A program made the position numbers and the translations under genes. 64,000 nucleotides of DNA from Macrostomum hystrix. Taxonomy: Eukaryota; Animalia; Platyhelminthes. The DNA lies in the NCBI GenBank assembly GCA_950097015.1, contig CATNEN010000001.1, positions 7,564,001-7,628,000 of the forward strand, given 5' to 3'. This document shows positions 37,501 through 49,000 of the stretch, piece after piece. The notes beneath the pieces were generated by a model. That model did not search any database, was not told the DNA's origin, and saw only the letters and a program-made list of their open reading frames with translations. Each line of letters starts with the position of its first letter. Positions within the stretch are counted from its first letter, which is position 1.

Positions 37501-38109
37501 GTGCGCAGTTAGGTCAGGCCGCCTTTCATTGGTATTTTTTTGAGAACTTCAGTTCATGGGTTATTCCCATTTTCACAATTTTTGGTCATAAACTTGTAAA
37601 CTAATTACGATAATATTTATGCATAATCATAATTGTTACACACCTGGGCTCAATTCGATTAAGCTAAACAGTTTCTTCACCTGTTTGAGCAGGCAAGAGT
37701 CGTGTCTACAGAAGATTTTTGCTCAAATGCGTGACATAGCATGCGTTTAATGGCGAATGATGAATATCTGCTTATCACTAGTAGATTCGCATTTCAAAAG
37801 AAGCTATCCTGAAACACAGTATAGCAACTAACTGATAGTCAAGTGGTAGTGTTCAATTTCTTCATTTTCCGTTTGTTTTCAAATTCAGCCTTTTAAGGAA
37901 AGCATGCAGAACACCTCTTCGTGTTTCGTGTTTGCTGCTTCATTAAAATTATTTGCTTTCTCTCATTTCTAAATTTGGCCTTAAAATGGACTTGTATTTG
38001 ACTATTTAAATAACTTGTAGTACTCCTGTACTCAGAATTATAATATAAATATTTCCTTTCGCAATGCAATTCAAATAACTTAACATCTAGATTGATTTAT
38101 AACTATATT

Positions 38110-39964
38110 TTCTCAGTCACTGTCTTCCTCTCAGTTACTTTGTCTTCCTCTTAGTTACTTTGTCTTCCTCTCAGTTACTTTGTCTTCCTCTCAGTCACTT
38201 CGTCTTCCTCTCAGTCACTCCGTCTTCCTCTCAGTCACTCTCTCATACTCTTAGTCACTCCGTATTCCTCTCAGTCACTTTGTCTTCCTCTCAGTTACTC
38301 TCTTATTCTCAGTCACTCTCTTATTCTCAGTCACTCTTATTCTCAGTCACTCTCTTATTCTCAGTCACTCTTATTCTCAGTCACTCTCTTATTCTCAGTT
38401 ACTCTCTTATTCTCAGTCACTCTCTAATTCTCAGTCACTCTCTTATTCTCAGTCACTCTCTTATTCTCAGTCACTCTTATTCTCAGTCACTCTCTTATTC
38501 TCAGTCACTCTCTTATTCTCAGTCACTCTCTCATACTCTTAGTCACTCCGTATTCCTCTCAGTCACTTTGTCTTCCTCTCAGTTACTCTCTTATTCTCAG
38601 TCACTCTCTTATTCTCAGTCACTCTTATTCTCAGTCACTCTCTTATTCTCAGTCACTCTTATTCTCAGTCACTCTCTTATTCTCAGTTACTCTCTTATTC
38701 TCAGTCACTCTCTAATTCTCAGTCACTCTCTTATTCTCAGTCACTCTCTTATTCTCAGTCACTCTTATTCTCAGTCACTCTCTTATTCTCAGTCACTCTC
38801 TTATTCTCAGTCACTCTCTAATTCTCAGTCACTCTCTTATTCTCAGTCACTCTCTTATTCTCAGTCACTCTCTTATTCTCAGTCACTCTCTTATTCTCAG
38901 TCACTCTTATTCTCAGTCACTCTTATTCTCAGTCACTCTCTTATTCTCAGTCACTCTCTTATTCTCAGTCACTCTCTTATTCTCAGTCACTCTCTTATTC
39001 TCAGTCACTCTCTTATTCTCAGTCACTCTCTTATTCTCAGTCACTCTCTTATTCTCAGTCACTCTCTTATTCTCAGTCACTCTTATTCTCAGTCACTCTC
39101 TTATTCTCAGTCACTCTTATTCTCAGTCACTCTCTTATTCTCAGTCACTCTCTTATTCTCAGTCACTCTCTTATTCTCAGTCACTCTCTTATTCTCAGTC
39201 ACTCTCTTATTCTCAGTCACTCTCTTATTCTCAGTCACTCTCTTATTGTCAGTCACTCTCTTATTCTCAGTCACTCTTATTCTCAGTCACTCTCTTATTC
39301 TCAGTCACTCTTATTCTCAGTCACTCTCTTATTCTCAGTCACTCTCTTATTCTCAGTCACTCTCTTATTCTCAGTCACTCTCTTATTCTCAGTCACTCTC
39401 TAATTCTCAGTCACTCTCTTATTCTCAGTCACTCTCTTATTCTCAGTCACTCTCTTATTCTCAGTCACTCTCTTATTCTCAGTCACTCTTATTCTCAGTC
39501 ACTCTTATTCTCAGTCACTCTCTTATTCTCAGTCACTCTCTTATTCTCAGTCACTCTCTTATTCTCAGTCACTCTCATTTTCTCAGTCACTCTCTTATTC
39601 TCAGTCACTCTCTTATTCTCAGTCACTCTCTTATTCTCAGTCACTCTCTAATTCTCAGTCACTCTCTTATTCTCAGTCACTCTCTTATTCTCAGCCACTC
39701 TCTTATTCTCAGTCACTCTCTTATTCTCAGTTACTCTCTTATTCTCAGTCACTCTCTTATTCTCAGTCACTCTCTTATTCTCAGTCACTCTCTTATTCTC
39801 AGTCACTCTCTTATTCTCAGTCACTCTCTTATTCTCAGTCACTCTCTTATTCTCAGTTACTCTCTTATTCTCAGTCACTCTCTTTTTCTCAGTCACTCTC
39901 TTATTCTCAGTCACTCTCTTATTCTCAGTCACTTTTATTCTCAGTCACTCTCTTATTCTCAGTC
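38110..39964. repeat. 18-bp satellite, left arm
   Basis: (TTATTCTCAGTCACTCTC)n with 16-bp variants. Confidence 0.97.
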
Positions 39965-40078
39965 TTGACTTGACTTAGCGGCAGGGGGCCTCCATGACGG
40001 ACGCAGCGAGGAGGCGGCTGTTGCCGCCCATATCGCTAACCCCTGGCAGCCAGACGGCCTCCAGCGAGGCGGTGCCGC

Positions 40079-43000
40079 TCAGGGTGGTCCGTCGGTCGGT
40101 TCCGCCGCGCGATCTTCCTCGCCATAGGCTGGGAAGAAATCAGCTCGGCCGGTATCCCGGAGGAAGTGGGCGAGCTGAGGGATGTTCTCGGGCGAGCAGG
40201 CTTCGGCAAGAGTCGGTGCCGGCCCGAGGTGTTTTAGCCTAGCCCGGGTGAAGGCCGGGCAGTGGCAAATGAAATGCTCGGCGTTTTCACGGCCGGAGCA
40301 GCAGAAAGGACACGTTTCCTCAGGCACGTGGCCTTGGAGGTAGCGGTGTCTGGTGAAGCAGCCATGTCCCGAAAGGGCCATGGTGACTGCTCTCAGGTCT
40401 CTGCGGTTTAGCCTGAGTAAGGCCTTACGCAGGTTACTAGAGGGGGTTGGCACCGCAGCCCTGGACTGGCGACAGTTCAGGGTGCTGGACCACCTCCTCC
40501 GGTGCTGGGTCTCCATCCAGTGGTTGATGCTGGAGTTGACAACGGAGGCGGGGATCGGGGATTCCGGGCCCGGGCCCATCAGGGAGCTGGCTGCTCCAGC
40601 CTTTGCAAGCTCGTCCGCCATCTCATTCCCTGTGAGCCCGGCGTGCCCAGGGATCCACATCAGCTCCACCTTGTTAGACTGCGCCAAACCGTTTAACTGG
40701 GTGTTGCAGTCCAAGGTGGTTCTGGAGCGAGAGGTGCAGCGACTGAGGGCCTTAAGGGCTGCTTGACTGTCGGAGTGAAAAAAGATCCTCCGACCAGCCA
40801 GCTGCCTCTGGCGCAGCTCAGCCGCACAGAAGCTGATGGCGAGCATTTCGTTTTGGAAAACGCTTGAGCTCTTGCCACAGTGTTGGGAGTGGGTCCAGAG
40901 GACCTCGCCACCCGAGGCGACGCACACCCCGAATCCCGATTTACCGTTCATCAGGGAGCCGTCAGTGTAACAGTGGACTGCGGGGTCATCCCAGCAGTCC
41001 TTTACCTCATTACGAGGGAAGATGCTGACTTTGTACCTGTGGCTCCGGAGTAAAGTGGCCGGGGCCCCGTCCGAAAGGATGGTGAGCCCTCCGCACTCGC
41101 CCAGAGTTTTCAGGCAGAGGTCAGAGTGGGGCAGAAGGGAGCGCTTCGAGAAGGCTCGCGAATTCTGGAAGGATACACCCGCATCAAGGAGACGACGGGT
41201 GGACTTTGCCGCTTCCCCCTTAACAAAAATGTCAATGGGTGTAGCGTTGAGGAAAGCGTTCATGCCTTCAAAGGGAGTGGAGGGTGGGGCGCCCAGCGTC
41301 ATGCGACAGGCTCTGCCCTGCACCCTATAAAGCGCCTCCAGGTTTTTCTGGATGCTCATGGCACTGGCCCAGATGAGGCCAGCGTAAGCGACTGACGGTC
41401 TAATGATCGCCGTGTAAATCCACCAAAGGTTTTTGGGGGTTAGCCCCCAAGTGGTGCCCACGGCTCGCCTGACTTGCGCCAGAATGGCCAGGGCCCTCTT
41501 GGCCTTTGTGGTAATGTGCGGGGTCCAGTTAAGCCTATGGTCTAGCAGGATACCAAGGCACCGGACCTGCTTTTCCATGGCAATATTCTTGCCATAGAGA
41601 GTCAGAGGCTCAATGGTCCAGCGCAGCCTGCTGGTAAACATAACCGCAACGGTCTTGGACTCAGAGAGTCGGAGCCCGCATTGGTCCGCCCAGCGCACCG
41701 CCCTGTTGATAAAGCCCTGAATGAGGTCCCTGGTGGTTTCCGCCGAGGGGCCCGCGCAGATGGCGGTCACATCGTCGGCATATCCCACCTTCAGGACTGG
41801 GTCAGGCCGAGTGCTTTTTAGCAGCTCATCCATGACGAGATTCCACAGCAGTGGGGTGAGGACGCCACCTTGGGGCCCTCCTTTTAGGACAGGTGCCGAG
41901 AGCACCCTGCCTTCGAGGTGGGCCACCACGTGGCGATTCCGGATCATGTACATGACCCAACGGACGAGGTGGGGGTGAGTGGCCCTGGAAACCAGGGCCT
42001 TCTCAAAGGCTTCGAAAATAACGTTATCGAAGGCCCCCTCAATATCAAGGAAAACAGCCAGGGCAAAACCGCTGCCCAGCACTGCCTTCTCGAGAGTCTC
42101 CACAATGCAGTGGAGGGCGCTCTCCGTGGACCGGCCCGCCCGAAAGGCGTGCTGGTTTGGTGAGAGCGGGGCCCGCCCTAGCTCTACAGTAAGAAGGCGC
42201 CAGAGCACCAGTCTTTCCATGAGCTTGAGGCAGGTGGAAGTCAAGCTTATCGGGCGATAAGACTTGACCGAGCGATAGTCGCCTTTGGCGGGCTTCGGGA
42301 TGAAGACGACCCGGGCTTCATGCCACCGCGCTGGTACGTAGCCCAGCACGATGCAGGCCCGTAGAAGTCTGCAGAGGAGATGGAGGAAGCGGCCATTTTT
42401 AACCGCTTCATGCAGAAAGGCCGGATATATACCATCTGGCCCAGGTGCTTTAAAAGGATTGAATGACTTAGCCGCGCGAACGATGCGGTCATTCGTAACG
42501 AGTGACTGAGCCAGGCCCTGACCTCCACGCGAGTGGTCGTCTGGGCCGAAGTGCGCCGGTACACTCGGGAAGAAATGCCCTAGCATAAGCTCGAGCGTTT
42601 CCTCCGGGCGCTCAGTGATCGAGCCGTCCGGCTTTTTAATCGATGAGAGCTTGGAGAAGCGGTCGTTGGTGAGCGCCTTTACCACGCGGGCCGTGGGCCG
42701 CGAGCCCTCAAGCCCTTCGCAGTATTGTCGCCACTTGTCCGCTTTTGCCCTTCTGACCCGGCCCTTAAACTCATGGATGGCGCGAGTATAGGCCTCTTTG
42801 TCATCAGGGTCGTGCGAGGTTTTCAGCTTCCTCTGGAGAGCCTTAGCTCGGCGTCTTAGGACTCCGAGCTCGGGGTTCCACCAGGGGGCCGATTTTTTGC
42901 CTTTGTAGGCTTTGAGCGGGCAAGCCATTTCGTAGGCCTCTGTGATGGCGCCGCCCAGCAGGGCAGCCACTCCATCCAGGTCCTGCGTGGTTTCCATGGC

Positions 43001-43783
43001 CATGGAGGGGTCAGAATCCCGAAGGCCCTCATGCAGCTTTTGGCTGAACGCGGGCCAGTCGGTATTTCTGACATTACGCCTCCAAATAGGCTTTTGCTTC
43101 TTATCGGGGGTGCCGATGTTGAAACGGATGAAGCGGTGGTCCGAGAGCGAGCTTTCGGTCTCCCACACCTCCCACCCCAGCACCCTTGGGAGGATGCCGG
43201 GTGAGGCCAGGGTGACGTCAAGCACCTCAGCCCACCGCCCATTGTCGAAAGTGGGCGAGTTGCCCACATTGCAGAAGTTTAGAGGCGTGCCGCTGACGAA
43301 GGCCAGGAGCTCTTCGCCGCGGTCATTGATTTTTGAGCTACCCCAGTGGGTGTGATGCGAGTTTACATCTCCCGCGAGGAGCAGCTCGAAGTTTCGTGCC
43401 CTGGCGAATTCACAGAGGGCGACGAGGGTATCGCTAACCACGGGGGCGTCGCCTGCCAGGTAGGCGGATGCCACGAGGGTCAACTTGTTAGGCACAATGT
43501 GTGCAGATTGGATGACGCAGATGTCCCCGTTAGAGAGATCGGGTCTCATCCACGCATTTAAGGCTTTTGCGGCATAGATCAGTGATCTAGGGCGGACAGA
43601 GTCTGCCATGCAGAAGCAGTCATAGCCAGCAGGAGTGTTGCTTGGCTTGTTCTTTGATAGCCAGGGCTCCTGCACAAGTACAAGGCCCGGCATCATGCGC
43701 TCTGTCGTGCGCATCAGATTGACTGATGCTGCCACGCAGTGCTGGGTGTTAACTTGCAGACATGATATTCCGGGGATCATCAT
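40079..43783 (-). CDS. Retrotransposon ORF2: AP endonuclease, reverse transcriptase, RNase H, C-terminal Cys/His knuckle
   Basis: APE motifs (QVN, VQEPW, GDVNSHH, SDH); RT ([27 protein letters not shown]); RNase H ([26 protein letters not shown]); CPFC..EHFICHC. Confidence 0.97.
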   Translation of the reverse strand: MMIPGISCLQVNTQHCVAASVNLMRTTERMMPGLVLVQEPWLSKNKPSNTPAGYDCFCMADSVRPRSLIYAAKALNAWMRPDLSNGDICVIQSAHIVPNKLTLVASAYLAGDAPVVSDTLVALCEFARARNFELLLAGDVNSHHTHWGSSKINDRGEELLAFVSGTPLNFCNVGNSPTFDNGRWAEVLDVTLASPGILPRVLGWEVWETESSLSDHRFIRFNIGTPDKKQKPIWRRNVRNTDWPAFSQKLHEGLRDSDPSMAMETTQDLDGVAALLGGAITEAYEMACPLKAYKGKKSAPWWNPELGVLRRRAKALQRKLKTSHDPDDKEAYTRAIHEFKGRVRRAKADKWRQYCEGLEGSRPTARVVKALTNDRFSKLSSIKKPDGSITERPEETLELMLGHFFPSVPAHFGPDDHSRGGQGLAQSLVTNDRIVRAAKSFNPFKAPGPDGIYPAFLHEAVKNGRFLHLLCRLLRACIVLGYVPARWHEARVVFIPKPAKGDYRSVKSYRPISLTSTCLKLMERLVLWRLLTVELGRAPLSPNQHAFRAGRSTESALHCIVETLEKAVLGSGFALAVFLDIEGAFDNVIFEAFEKALVSRATHPHLVRWVMYMIRNRHVVAHLEGRVLSAPVLKGGPQGGVLTPLLWNLVMDELLKSTRPDPVLKVGYADDVTAICAGPSAETTRDLIQGFINRAVRWADQCGLRLSESKTVAVMFTSRLRWTIEPLTLYGKNIAMEKQVRCLGILLDHRLNWTPHITTKAKRALAILAQVRRAVGTTWGLTPKNLWWIYTAIIRPSVAYAGLIWASAMSIQKNLEALYRVQGRACRMTLGAPPSTPFEGMNAFLNATPIDIFVKGEAAKSTRRLLDAGVSFQNSRAFSKRSLLPHSDLCLKTLGECGGLTILSDGAPATLLRSHRYKVSIFPRNEVKDCWDDPAVHCYTDGSLMNGKSGFGVCVASGGEVLWTHSQHCGKSSSVFQNEMLAISFCAAELRQRQLAGRRIFFHSDSQAALKALSRCTSRSRTTLDCNTQLNGLAQSNKVELMWIPGHAGLTGNEMADELAKAGAASSLMGPGPESPIPASVVNSSINHWMETQHRRRWSSTLNCRQSRAAVPTPSSNLRKALLRLNRRDLRAVTMALSGHGCFTRHRYLQGHVPEETCPFCCSGRENAEHFICHCPAFTRARLKHLGPAPTLAEACSPENIPQLAHFLRDTGRADFFPAYGEEDRAAEPTDGPP

Positions 43784-43795
43784 GCAGGCAGAGGT

Positions 43796-45343
43796 CTACT
43801 TGGAGGGGGACCCAGCCAGAAGGCGGTCCTCCTCCTCCGGGTCGATGTCGGTAGCCATGGGCTCCTCCGTGCCCAGGCCCCGAGCCGGAGACGGGAACTC
43901 GACGGCGTCAGCCGCCCAGTCCCCGCCCCCGGCCCCGAGCCCAGGCCCAGAGTCGCCCTCAACTGGAGCCGACACCGCTCCCTGGGCCGTGGGAGGGGCG
44001 CTCGAAGGGCCCTGCTCGATGGAGCTGGGCACCTCTGAGGCCTCCCCCGTAGCCCTTGGTTGCGGCGCCTGCCCCGGTGGGCCACCGCGCATCTCAGCGC
44101 GCAGCTGGGCCATCTTGGCGGTTCGCACCACCTCGGAGGCCCGCTGGAGAAGGCCCCGGCGCTTTGTGACACGCGCGGGGCGACGCTCAGAGCTGCCAGC
44201 GATGGCACGCTCTGGCCTTTTTTGGCGGGACGACTGGGCCCTGCCCCCAGTCCCAGCCTTGGGGTCCGAGGACCCTTCATTGGCCGGTACGGTGGTGGGC
44301 CCGGTCTGACCTCGGGTTTTATCCGCCTCGAAGGCGAAGATTTTGGTCTTCCACAGACCAATGCAAATGTTGGCGCCATCTGGGTAGCGGCGTGTCCATT
44401 GCTCGGACAGGCCCAGAATGGCGGTGAAACCGGTGCCGTCGGGGCGCAGGATCGTGCGGTGCACGATCAGGCCCGCTGTCGGCAGCTCCCGGTTCATCGC
44501 GATGAGGCCCCTGCGGAGGTCCTCAGCGCTGGTGACGACACTTTTCGCCGGGACGAAGATACGGTGTCGCTTGGTCTTTGGTGGCTCGTTCTCCCGTAGG
44601 AACTCGAGGCCAGCCGCCCAGCTCTGCGTGGGCAGCAACTCGAGGAGCCGCCGCCCCGATTCCGCATCGCCGGGCCAGACGACGAAGCACGATTCCCTGG
44701 TAGCGCTTGCGCCGACCGCCAGGGGCTCGCCCTTCAGTTGAAGTTGCCACAACATAGCATCTATGTTGCGGCAAATGTCGCTGAGCTGTTCGCTGCTCAG
44801 CCTTTTCCCGTCTCTGCCGGTGATGATGACGGCAGGTTGCCTACGTGCGATGGCGGCGTAGGTAGCTTGTGGTCCCGGGCCCTGTCCGGTGGCGTCCCCA
44901 CCCTCGGGATCTGCGTCGGCGGTGGGCACAGGGCCCTCCGCCTCCGCTTCTCCTTCGGGCCGGGCAGCCGTCCGGATGGGCGCCGGGCCCTCCTTGGCCC
45001 GCGACCCTGGCCTCGGGGCGTCGTGGGCTCCGCCCCGTGCAGGAGCCTGGGCAGGAGGCACAAGGCCCCCCGCCCCAGCCCCCGCCCTAGGCAGAGCCCC
45101 TTCGGCCCCTCTGGCCTGGGCCTGGTCCTTGGTCAATGGAGCCGACGTGCCGTGGGCCAGCATGCGCCTACGGCGTTTTGCCGCTCCAGAGGTGGTGGAG
45201 CGCTTAGCGCCCCGGTCATCGCGCGAGTTGGGCAGCGCGGCATTTGTGGCGGTCGCGGGGCCAGCTAGCCCGGGCGCCGCAGCGTGTATGGCCTCAGGCA
45301 CCATGGTGTCCTCGGCCGGAGCAGTTGAAGGGCTAGAAGCCAT
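43796..45343 (-). CDS. Retrotransposon ORF1 (gag-like nucleic-acid-binding protein)
   Basis: Open ~515-codon frame directly upstream of ORF2 (first ATG at 45343); basic AKRRRR patch, TYAAIA motif, disordered termini, no CCHC knuckle. Confidence 0.85.
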   Translation of the reverse strand: MASSPSTAPAEDTMVPEAIHAAAPGLAGPATATNAALPNSRDDRGAKRSTTSGAAKRRRRMLAHGTSAPLTKDQAQARGAEGALPRAGAGAGGLVPPAQAPARGGAHDAPRPGSRAKEGPAPIRTAARPEGEAEAEGPVPTADADPEGGDATGQGPGPQATYAAIARRQPAVIITGRDGKRLSSEQLSDICRNIDAMLWQLQLKGEPLAVGASATRESCFVVWPGDAESGRRLLELLPTQSWAAGLEFLRENEPPKTKRHRIFVPAKSVVTSAEDLRRGLIAMNRELPTAGLIVHRTILRPDGTGFTAILGLSEQWTRRYPDGANICIGLWKTKIFAFEADKTRGQTGPTTVPANEGSSDPKAGTGGRAQSSRQKRPERAIAGSSERRPARVTKRRGLLQRASEVVRTAKMAQLRAEMRGGPPGQAPQPRATGEASEVPSSIEQGPSSAPPTAQGAVSAPVEGDSGPGLGAGGGDWAADAVEFPSPARGLGTEEPMATDIDPEEEDRLLAGSPSK

Positions 45344-45778
45344 TGAAAGCTGCAATGAAGAGAGGGGCTTCCTGTAGACACAGGCAGGAATAACCCGCTC
45401 AGCCGCGATCCCAAAACTGAGCGGGGGCAGCCAAAAAAGACAAGTTACAACCCGGGGTGGGATGCCAGGACCACCGGGAGGAACCGTAAGAGACCAGACT
45501 ACTCCCTGGCCAAGCGTCCATCAGCACGGTCAACACTGGGACATTGGAGGGTGCCATTGAGCCGGCGCCGAGGCCTGCGGGCTGGCCGCAAACCCTGTTA
45601 AGGTCAAAGGGTGACACCTGTCCCTCAGGGCCGTAGCCAGAGGTACCTGATCACGCACAGGTGCACGAAAATTGCGGACAAGCCACATACCCTGTTAAGG
45701 TCAAAGGGTGACACCTTTCCCTCCAGCCGGGGCTAGAGGTACCCAGTTTGGCCGGAGGCCCTGGATGGGTCATCCAGC

Positions 45779-46012
45779 GCTGTTGCCCATTCTGTCCGGC
45801 TGCCCTAGGGTCAGCCTTGAACACTCGCGGGACGTGTACCCATGGGTCAGCTGACGGGACAGCGTTGGAGGGATTCCTGCACCCGAAGGTACAGGTCTCC
45901 TTCCTGCCAGGCCTGCTCAAAAAACGGCTGCAGGTGTGAGGCATCGCAGACCAAAGCCCGTGGGCCTGGACTGACTCATATCTCACAGGCACTGTGTCCC
46001 GCCGGTGCGAGC
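45779..46012 (-). ncRNA. HDV-like self-cleaving ribozyme at the 5' end of the retrotransposon
   Basis: P1 GCUCGC/GCGAGU with G1-U; P2 CCCAU/AUGGG (+GCUG/CAGC); P3 GGG/CCC; L3 UACACGU; P1.1 AC/GU; P4 GGCUG-A-CCC/GGG-CAGCC; J4/2 CAGA; G1 coincides with the insertion junction. Confidence 0.88.
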
Positions 46013-49000
46013 CTTATTCTCAGTCACTCTCTTATTCTCAGTCACTCTCTTATTGTCAGTCACTCTCTTATTCTCAGTCACTCTCTTATTCTCAGTCACT
46101 CTCTTATTCTCAGTCACTCTCTTATTGTCAGTCACTCTCTTATTCTCAGTCACTCTCTTATTCCCAGTCACTCTCTTATTCTCAGTCACTCTCTTATTCT
46201 CAGTCACTCTCTTATTCTCAGTCACTCTCTTATTCTCAGTCACTCTCTTATTCTCAGTTACTCTCTTATTCTCAGTCACTCTCTTTTTCTCAGTCACTCT
46301 CTTATTCTCAGTCACTCTCTTATTCTCAGTCACTTTTATTCTCAGTCACTCTCTTATTCTCAGTCACTCTCTTATTCTCAGTCACTCTCTTATTCTCAGT
46401 CACTCTCTTATTCTCAGTCACTCTCTTATTCTCAGTCACTCTCTAATTCTCAGTCACTCTCTTATTCTCAGTCACTCTCTTATTCTCAGTCACTCTCTTA
46501 TTCTCAGTCACTCTCTTATTCTCAGTCACTCTCTTATTGTCAGTCACTCTCTTATTCTCAGTCACTCTCTTATTCTCAGTCACTCTCTTATTCTCAGTCA
46601 CTCTCTTATTGTCAGTCACTCTCTTATTCTCAGTCACTCTCTTATTCCCAGTCACTCTCTTATTCTCAGTCACTCTCTTATTCTCAGTCACTCTCTAATT
46701 CTCAGTCACTCTCTTATTCTCAGTTACTCTATTATTCTCAGTCACTCTCTTATTCTCAGTCACTCTCTTATTCTCAGTCACTCTCTTATTCTCAGTCACT
46801 CTCTTATTCTCAGTCACTCTCTTATTCTCAGTCACTCTCTAATTCTCAGTCACTCTCTTATTCTCAGTCACTCTCTAATTCTCAGTCACTCTCTTATTCT
46901 CAGTCACTCTCTTATTCTCAGTCACTCTCTAATTCTCAGTCACTCTCTTATTCTCAGTCACTCTCTTATTCTCAGTCACTCTCTTATTCTCAGTTACTCT
47001 CTTATTCTCAGTCACTCTCTTATTCTCAGTCACTCTCTTATTCTCAGTCACTCTCTTATTCTCAGTCACTCTCTTATTCTCAGTCACTTTTATTCTCAGT
47101 CACTCTCTTATTCTCAGTCACTCTCTTATTCTCAGTCACTCTCTTATTCTCAGTCACTTTTATTCTCAGTCACTCTCTTATTCTCAGTCACTCTCTTATT
47201 CTCAGTCACTCTCTTATTCTCAGTCACTCTCTTATTCTCAGTCACTCTCTTATTCTCAGTCACTCTCTTATTCTCAGTCACTCTCTTATTCTCAGTCACT
47301 CTCTTATTCTCAGTCACTCTCTTATTCTCAGTCACTCTCTAATTCTCAGTCACTCTCTTATTCTCAGTCACTCTCTTATTCTCAGTCACTCTCTTATTCT
47401 CAGTCACTCTCTTATTCTCAGTCACTCTCTAATTCTCAGTCACTCTCTTATTCTCAGTCACTCTTATTCTCAGTCACTCTCTTATTCTCAGTCACTCTCT
47501 TATTCTCAGTCACTCTCTAATTCTCAGTCACTCTCTTATTCTCAGTCACTCTCTTATTCTCAGTCACTCTCTTATTCTCAGTCACTCTCTTATTCTCAGT
47601 CACTCTCTTATTCTCAGTCACTCTCTTATTCTCAGTTACTCTCTTATTCTCAGTCACTCTCTTATTCTCAGTCACTCTCTTATTCTCAGTCACTCTCTTA
47701 TTCTCAGTCACTCTCTTATTCTCAGTCACTCTCTTATTCTCAGTCACTCTCTTATTGTCAGTCACTCTCTTATTCTCAGTCACTCTCTTATTCTCAGTCA
47801 CTCTCTTATTCCCAGTCACTCTCTTATTCTCAGTCACTCTCTTATTCTCAGTCACTCTCTAATTCTCAGTCACTCTCTTATTCTCAGTTACTCTATTATT
47901 CTCAGTCACTCTCTTATTCTCAGTCACTCTCTTATTCTCAGCCACTCTCTTATTCTCAGTCACTCTCTTATTCTCAGTCACTCTCTTATTCTCAGTCACT
48001 CTCTTATTCTCAGTCACTCTCTTATTCCCAGTCACTCTCTTATTCTCAGTCACTCTCTTATTCTCAGTCACTCTCTAATTCTCAGTCACTCTCTTATTCT
48101 CAGTTACTCTATTATTCTCAGTCACTCTCTTATTCTCAGTCACTCTCTTATTCTCAGCCACTCTCTTATTCTCAGTCACTCTCTTATTCTCAGTCACTCT
48201 CTTATTCTCAGTCACTCTCTTATTCTCAGCCACTCTCTTATTCTCAGTCACTCTCTTATTCTCAGTCACTCTCTTATTCTCAGTCACTCTCTTATTCTCA
48301 GTCACTCTTATTCTCAGTCACTCTCTTATTCTCAGTCACTCTTATTCTCAGTCACTCTCTTATTCTCAGTCACTCTCTTATTCTCAGTCACTCTCTTATT
48401 CTCAGTCACTCTCTTATTCTCAGTCACTCTCTAATTCTCAGTCACTCTCTTATTCTCAGTCACTCTCTTATTCTCAGTCACTCTCTTATTCTCAGTCACT
48501 CTCTTATTCTCAGTCACTCTTATTCTCAGTCACTCTTATTCTCAGTCACTCTCTTATTCTCAGTCACTCTCTTATTCTCAGTCACTCTCTTATTCTCAGT
48601 CACTCTCATTTTCTCAGTCACTCTCTTATTCTCAGTCACTCTCTTATTCTCAGTCACTCTCTTATTCTCAGTCACTCTCTAATTCTCAGTCACTCTCTTA
48701 TTCTCAGTCACTCTCTTATTCTCAGCCACTCTCTTATTCTCAGTCACTCTCTTATTCTCAGTTACTCTCTTATTCTCAGTCACTCTCTTATTCTCAGTCA
48801 CTCTCTTATTCTCAGTCACTCTCTTATTCTCAGTCACTCTCTTATTCTCAGTCACTCTCTTATTCTCAGTCACTCTCTTATTCTCAGTTACTCTCTTATT
48901 CTCAGTCACTCTCTTTTTCTCAGTCACTCTCTTATTCTCAGTCACTCTCTTATTCTCAGTCACTTTTATTCTCAGTCACTCTCTTATTCTCAGTCACTCT

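Larger units (their letters stand above)
39965..46012 (-). mobile_element. Full-length non-LTR retrotransposon (I group, LOA/Lian-like) inserted in an 18-bp satellite
   Basis: Sharp GC-rich block with two intact ORFs, ~670-nt 5' UTR, short structured 3' UTR ending TAAGTCAAGTCAA; flanked by CTTATTCTCAGTC at 39952-39964 and 46013-46025. Confidence 0.95.

Noticed and set aside
39975-40025. GCCUCCUCGCUG string in the LINE 3' UTR resembling the genomic HDV P3/L3
   Set aside because: P3 does not close around a U-initiated 7-8-nt loop and no P1 with G1 or matching P2 can be built; simple hairpins explain it better.
40353-45377. Many plus-strand and alternative-frame ORFs over the LINE and other GC-rich exons
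   Set aside because: Shadow ORFs of GC-rich coding sequence.
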